A stretch of DNA of 63,286 nucleotides, filler included. It is 4 parts of 4 records of this genome, joined end to end, with 100 filler letters (N's around TTAATTAATTAA, not from the genome) between each part and the next. Parts side by side here need not be neighbours in the genome. Positions count along the whole stretch, not along the records: positions 54,357 to 63,286 come from DRR723986_8015; 3 more parts are not named here. The stretch is one strand, 5' to 3'. The notes beneath the pieces were generated by a model. That model saw nothing but the letters and a program-made list of their open reading frames with translations. It had not been told where the DNA came from and made no database searches. Position numbers and translations under genes: made by a program. Of this stretch, positions 58,796-63,286 are shown in pieces (position 1 is the stretch's first letter; each line of letters begins with the position of its first letter).

Positions 58796-59857
58796 ATGCT
58801 GACCAGACTTCTTTCCGGCGACACGCCGCGCAGCGGCCTTCTGACGGCGCTGCTGCTGATCGTGTTGATCTCGCTCGCCTTTGCACCGTTTCTCTTTCCC
58901 GGTACCAAGTCACTGGAGACGGCCGCGCGGATCTGCATCTTCATCGTGCTGGTGGCAAGTTACGACCTGCTGCTGGGCTATGCCGGTATCGTTTCCTTCG
59001 CCCACACCATGTTCTTCGGTATCGGCGCTTATGGGACCGCGCTTGCCTTGTCGACCACCGGGCCGAACTACGGTTCGCTGATCTGGGGCGCGGCGGCGGG
59101 TGCCGGGGTTGCGGCCCTGTTCGCGCTGGCCATCGGGCTGTTCTCGCTTCGGGTGAAGGCGATCTTCTTCGCCATGGTGACGCTGGCGGTCGCAAGCGCC
59201 TTTGCCGTGCTGGTGTCGCAGATGTCCTGGCTGACAGGCGGTGAGGACGGGCTCAACTACAAGATCCCGCGCGAACTCACGCCTGCCTTCAAGCTTATCA
59301 AGGCGAAGGTGTTCGACGTCAGCATCAATGGCAAGGTCCTGGCCTATTACCTGGTGTTCTTCGCCGCCGCGATCCTGTTCCTGATCATGCTGCGCATCGT
59401 CAATTCGCCGTTCGGCCGCACGCTGAAGGCGGTTCGCGACAATGCCTTCCGGGCGGAGGCGATCGGTTACCGCGTGGTCTGGTATCGCACCACGGCCACC
59501 GTTCTGTCGGCCGTCATGGCAGCGCTTGCCGGCTCTCTCCTGGCGATCTGGCTGCGCTACACCGGCCCGGCAACAACGCTGTCCATGGAGATCATGATCG
59601 ACATTCTGCTGATGGTCGTGATAGGGGGCATGGGCACGCTTTACGGGGCCGTGCTCGGGGCAACCCTGTTCATTCTGGCGCAGACCTATCTGCAGAACCT
59701 GATGGGCGTAGCTGCAGAAGCAACCAGCGCGGTACCGGTGTTCTCGACGCTGGTGGCGCCGGAACGCTGGCTGTTGTGGCTGGGTGTTCTCTTCATTCTG
59801 TCGGTCTATTTTTTCCCGACGGGCATTGTCGGACGACTACGGGCGGGGCGTGCGTGA
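58796..59857 (+). CDS. ABC permease, LivM-like
   Basis: LLLGYAGIVSFAH, TGGEDG, SPFGRTLKAVRDN, GGMGTLYG. Confidence 0.92.
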   Translation: MLTRLLSGDTPRSGLLTALLLIVLISLAFAPFLFPGTKSLETAARICIFIVLVASYDLLLGYAGIVSFAHTMFFGIGAYGTALALSTTGPNYGSLIWGAAAGAGVAALFALAIGLFSLRVKAIFFAMVTLAVASAFAVLVSQMSWLTGGEDGLNYKIPRELTPAFKLIKAKVFDVSINGKVLAYYLVFFAAAILFLIMLRIVNSPFGRTLKAVRDNAFRAEAIGYRVVWYRTTATVLSAVMAALAGSLLAIWLRYTGPATTLSMEIMIDILLMVVIGGMGTLYGAVLGATLFILAQTYLQNLMGVAAEATSAVPVFSTLVAPERWLLWLGVLFILSVYFFPTGIVGRLRAGRA

Positions 59858-60648
59858 GCGGGAATATGCTGCATATCCGCGACGAGGGAACGGGCAGACC
59901 GCTGGTGCTGATCCACGGCTGGTCCTGTCCGGGCCGGTTCTTCGAAGGCCCGATCGGGGCTCTGAAAACTGACGCCCGTTGCATCGTTCCGGATCTGCCG
60001 GGCCACGGTAAAACAGCGGGCCGGTTGCCATTGACCATCGAGGGAGCAGCCGATGCGGTTCATGCAGCTTTGGCCGAGCGCGAACTAACTGAAGTAATCC
60101 TCTGCGGTTGGTCGATGGGAGCGTTGGTTTCCTATGCAATGATCGAGCGGCACGGCGCCGACAGGATCTCGCAGTTCGTTGCCATTGACATGACGCCGAA
60201 GGTTCTGAACGACCCCGACTGGCAGAACGGAACGCTGAACGGCCTCAATGCCGAACTCAACGACCATTTCCTGAATGCCATTGTGGCGGATTGGGCCAAA
60301 CTGCCGGCCCGGATCGCGAGACGACTGTTCGCCGAAGGCCTGCCCGTGCCGGAGTGCGTTGCGGAGCTAGCCCGCAAAGAGATTGCTGCAGCCGATCCTG
60401 TGCTCTTGAAGCCGATGTGGTCGTCACTGACCGCGCAGGATTTCCGCCCTCTTTTGAAATCCTTTCCCGTGCCGTTTCATCTGGTGGCGGGTCTGCGCAG
60501 CCAGCTTTACGGCCCGGGTGTCCATCGCTGGCACGCGGACAATGTTCCGGATTTCCATTTCCATGGCTTTGAAGCGTCGGGCCACGCGCCGCACATGGAA
60601 GAGCCGGACAAGTTCAACAGCCTGCTGCGGAACCTGGTGAAGGGCTGA
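59854..60648 (+). CDS. alpha/beta hydrolase (BioH/perhydrolase-like)
   Basis: LVLIHGWS, DLPGHG, GWSMG, SGHAPHMEEP; GTGA overlap with the LivM-like gene. Confidence 0.88.
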   Translation: MSGNMLHIRDEGTGRPLVLIHGWSCPGRFFEGPIGALKTDARCIVPDLPGHGKTAGRLPLTIEGAADAVHAALAERELTEVILCGWSMGALVSYAMIERHGADRISQFVAIDMTPKVLNDPDWQNGTLNGLNAELNDHFLNAIVADWAKLPARIARRLFAEGLPVPECVAELARKEIAAADPVLLKPMWSSLTAQDFRPLLKSFPVPFHLVAGLRSQLYGPGVHRWHADNVPDFHFHGFEASGHAPHMEEPDKFNSLLRNLVKG

Positions 60649-60693
60649 GGTGCACAAACTTGGCTTTTTGGGACGGCCATCCTGACCGTTTCC

Positions 60694-60939
60694 TCAGTGT
60701 CCGCCGCCCAGCTTCGCCTTCACGAATTCAATGATCCGGTCCAGGATGCTCAAAACCAGGAACACGGCGAGCAGGCCGACGAAGAAGCGGAGGTCGCGCA
60801 GCAACGTGCCGGGGGCAAAATCCTGGACGCTGCTGTTGGAGTAGGTCCACACAGCCCAGGCGATCCCGGCGAGGAGTGCTGTCATTACCAGCGAGATCAG
60901 GATGGTCTGCCAGAGAGGCTTTTGCGGCTGGTCGCTCAT
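60694..60939 (-). CDS. small two-TM membrane protein (81 aa)
   Basis: MSDQPQKPLWQTIL...; two hydrophobic helices; ATGA overlap with the upstream gene. Confidence 0.7.
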   Translation of the reverse strand: MSDQPQKPLWQTILISLVMTALLAGIAWAVWTYSNSSVQDFAPGTLLRDLRFFVGLLAVFLVLSILDRIIEFVKAKLGGGH

Positions 60940-61697
60940 TTCAGCACCCTGGCGGTCAGAAGGTCTGCCTTGAATACCATCAGATCGTCCAGCTGTTCGA
61001 CCTCGCCTTCGACCTCGATGTAAAGCGCCAGCAGCGGATCGATGGCCTCGCCGAGAAGCTGGCCGTCCTTGCCGGCCATGAGAAAGAAGGTGTGTCCCTC
61101 GACAGGTCCGGACGAGACAAAGACCGGCGGAATGCCTCCGGTCAGGCAGAGGTCCGCGCAGGCCTTGTGCGCAAGGCCCCGGCCCGGGCGCATGGCGCCC
61201 GCATAGCACTTGCCGTCGCAGATCTCGCCGGTCAGCTTCCAGCGGCCGAGCGAGACGGGTTCGGATGGGGTGAAGCTGGGTGCATCGTCCGTTGCAGGAG
61301 CTACCTGTCCCACCTGGATCATTGTCAGATCGCCCCGGTTCACCGGCACTCCGCGCAAGGTCACCGGCATCTCGCGATTGGCTTCGGCCTGTTCAAAGAC
61401 ACCGCGTTTGCCCTGGCCTGCCAGCATGTAGGTGCGGGCAGGGGTGTCGCCATCAGCCGGAATGCGGAACACCGGATAGGGCCGGAGTTCGAGCAGGCCT
61501 GTTTGCTCGAACCTGTTGCCCCACTGAAACGTGCCACTGCCCGGATCGTTCTGGGTGGTGGACAGGGCGAAGGCTGCAAGGCCCAGTCCCGCGACAAAAC
61601 ACAGGGAGAAGACCCCGAGAAAGGCCACCAGTGGCTTCGGCACCTTGTTGAGATAGCCGACGAAAAACGGCGCCGCCTTGGTTTGTTTCCAGCTCAT
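60936..61697 (-). CDS. membrane-anchored protein with a Cys/His cluster (253 aa)
   Basis: N-terminal TM; GEICDGKC...HKACADLC..GGIP; GGAGG SD; ATGA overlap. Confidence 0.8.
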   Translation of the reverse strand: MSWKQTKAAPFFVGYLNKVPKPLVAFLGVFSLCFVAGLGLAAFALSTTQNDPGSGTFQWGNRFEQTGLLELRPYPVFRIPADGDTPARTYMLAGQGKRGVFEQAEANREMPVTLRGVPVNRGDLTMIQVGQVAPATDDAPSFTPSEPVSLGRWKLTGEICDGKCYAGAMRPGRGLAHKACADLCLTGGIPPVFVSSGPVEGHTFFLMAGKDGQLLGEAIDPLLALYIEVEGEVEQLDDLMVFKADLLTARVLK

Positions 61698-62761
61698 GGC
61701 GCACCTCCGATCACCACCGGCTCGACATAGGTGCCGGGTGGCAGAGCGTTGGGATCGAGAAGAACGGTGGAGCCGACCAGCTTCAGCTTGTAGGTGGCGA
61801 TCTTCTCGGTGAAGGGCGCGGGTGCTCGACCGTCGGCCAGATTGTATTGATACCCGTGCCAGGGGCAGGTGATGCAGCCCCACAGCACCTTGCCCTCGCC
61901 AAGCGGACCGTTCTGGTGAGCGCAGACATTGGTGACCGCCGACAGCTTGCCGTCATACTTGAAGATTGCGACACGCTCCTCTTCGCTCAGTGTCACGACC
62001 TTGGCGCATTTGTCGTCGATTTCGTCCACCTCTCCGGCGACGACCCAGCCGGCTTCTTCCAGAGAAGCCTTTGCCGTGGCATCGCCCTTTTCCCGATTGG
62101 CCTCCAGGCGCCCGCTTGCAAAGTGAAGACCGCAGACCATGACAACGCTTGCCGCAACCATGCCGGTGAAGATGGGATCGGACGGGCCTTGCAGAGCGCC
62201 GAGCGCGACATGCAACACCACGAAGGCATAGGCGGCATAGATGAACATGTGCAGCGCCTTCCAGATCGGCGCTCCCAGAAAGCTGAGCCAGAAATCATGG
62301 CTGGTGGCAGCCAGTACGAACAGGATCAGGAGAGCAGCGATACCGAAAGCCTCGAAGGGAAAGCCGATCACCTGCCCGTAGCTTGTGTTGGACGACAGTA
62401 ACGCGACATAGCTGTCTGTCGGTGAGAAGTTGAAATACCAGCCAAGCACATAGTTGGCGTGAACGGCGGCAATACCGGCGGTCATCACGCCGAAATGGCG
62501 GCGGTTATAAAGCAGCGGCAGAAAGCGCCGGTCGAGCCGTGCCAGTGGCCCGATGCACAGGATCACCGTCAGCATCAGGAAGGCACAACTGCCGAAGGCA
62601 CGCATCCTCAGGATGGCACCGTCAATTGGCCGGGTGACATCCTCATGGAACGGCCCGACACGAATGAAGATGTAAAGATAAAGCGCAACGGCAATCAGCA
62701 GGATGGCATCATAGACCATCTTGTTGCGGTTCCAGATCACCGGTGTGTATTGCACGCTCAT
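61694..62761 (-). CDS. MsrQ/ferric-reductase-like heme-b TM domain fused to a Rieske [2Fe-2S] domain
   Basis: NRRHFGV..AAVH, LAATS, WKALH..Y..VVLH; C-terminal CAH-x16-CPWH. Confidence 0.9.
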   Translation of the reverse strand: MSVQYTPVIWNRNKMVYDAILLIAVALYLYIFIRVGPFHEDVTRPIDGAILRMRAFGSCAFLMLTVILCIGPLARLDRRFLPLLYNRRHFGVMTAGIAAVHANYVLGWYFNFSPTDSYVALLSSNTSYGQVIGFPFEAFGIAALLILFVLAATSHDFWLSFLGAPIWKALHMFIYAAYAFVVLHVALGALQGPSDPIFTGMVAASVVMVCGLHFASGRLEANREKGDATAKASLEEAGWVVAGEVDEIDDKCAKVVTLSEEERVAIFKYDGKLSAVTNVCAHQNGPLGEGKVLWGCITCPWHGYQYNLADGRAPAPFTEKIATYKLKLVGSTVLLDPNALPPGTYVEPVVIGGAP

Positions 62762-62925
62762 TGGCTTGCCTCCCCGGAGCTTTCCACCGGGGCTTCAATC
62801 AGCACAGCCGGTCTGTCTGCGGGGGGCGACTGGCGCATCGCCAGGATGGTGAAGAAGACCAGCGGCAGGAGCAGGCCGAGGACAGTCCAGATACGGGCAT
62901 GGGCTTTGCGGTGTGCACGTTTCAC
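62758..62925 (-). CDS. small single-TM protein (55 aa), absent from the ORF track
   Basis: GTG start after GGGGAGG; MKRAHRKAHARIWTVLGLLLPLVFFTILAMRQSPP...; GTGA and ATGA overlaps with both neighbours. Confidence 0.8.
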   Translation of the reverse strand: MKRAHRKAHARIWTVLGLLLPLVFFTILAMRQSPPADRPAVLIEAPVESSGEASQ

Positions 62926-63143
62926 CGGCCAGCCTCCCCATGCTTTTCAAGCACGTACCAGCGATAGAGCACCAGCGGCCAGATCAGGCAGATGCCGGGA
63001 ATGAGCAAGGGCCGGAAGACATGAGACCCGCGTGCGGATGGCTCCACCCGGTCGATGCCGATGACAAGAAAGAGTGCCGCGACCAGCCCGCCGGCCATGA
63101 GATAGTATTTGCCGATGTCGATCAGAATGGCTGCTGTTTGCAA
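62922..63143 (-). CDS. small membrane protein (73 aa)
   Basis: TTG start after GGGGA; TM-GIDRVEPSARGS..FRPLLIPG..LIWP..RW. Confidence 0.75.
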   Translation of the reverse strand: MQTAAILIDIGKYYLMAGGLVAALFLVIGIDRVEPSARGSHVFRPLLIPGICLIWPLVLYRWYVLEKHGEAGR

Positions 63144-63256
63144 GTGGATCCCCGCCAGGTCTGGATGTGATTGGTGTCAGCTTAGCTCATTACGAAGCAT
63201 TGCCAACGGTCTCTTCATTTCTTCCGGTCCGAGTTGGCCTCTCTTCTCTTCTCACC

Positions 63257-63286
63257 CCGTCATTGCAGGGCTCGACCCTGCAATCC
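63257..63286 (+). repeat. REP-like palindromic element at the window end
   Basis: CCGTC-ATTGCAGGG-CTCGA-CCCTGCAAT-CC; same CCGTCATT...AATCC frame as 54372-54420. Confidence 0.7.

Noticed and set aside
23971-62761. Two MsrQ-like genes in one window as a linked system
   Set aside because: They sit on different contigs that appear to come from different organisms.

Overview
This window is not one locus. It is four unrelated alphaproteobacterial contigs joined by artificial 100-nt spacers (44 N + TTAATTAATTAA + 44 N) at 28721-28820, 40796-40895 and 54257-54356. Taxonomic guesses below come from gene content and by-eye GC only. Contig 1 (1-28720; lower GC; possibly Kordiimonas-like) opens inside an initiator tRNA-Met gene whose T-loop carries a structured 38-nt insertion. 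It continues with a LysR / TonB receptor / D-amino-acid dehydrogenase / M14 peptidase / D-aminoacylase locus that has two matching LysR boxes. It then holds a two-component pair, an MFS transporter, a 1766-aa RTX protein with a CtrA-type box, a PEP-CTERM/TPR pair and several redox genes. Contig 2 (28821-40795; Hyphomonas/Caulobacterales-like) carries pepN, a pleC-like kinase, kdsB, blaI/blaR1-like genes and marR-hppD. Contig 3 (40896-54256; Rhodobacteraceae-like) is housekeeping: lptFGD-surA-pdxA-rsmA, pepA-holC and iscR-desulfurase-sufB. Contig 4 (54357-63286; Roseibium/Labrenzia-like) has a Liv-type ABC operon, REP-like elements at both ends, and a five-gene coupled operon built around a heme-b membrane domain-Rieske fusion. 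The best candidates for undescribed biology are the T-loop-interrupted tRNA-fMet, the five-gene redox operon and the putative D-amino-acid peptide scavenging locus.
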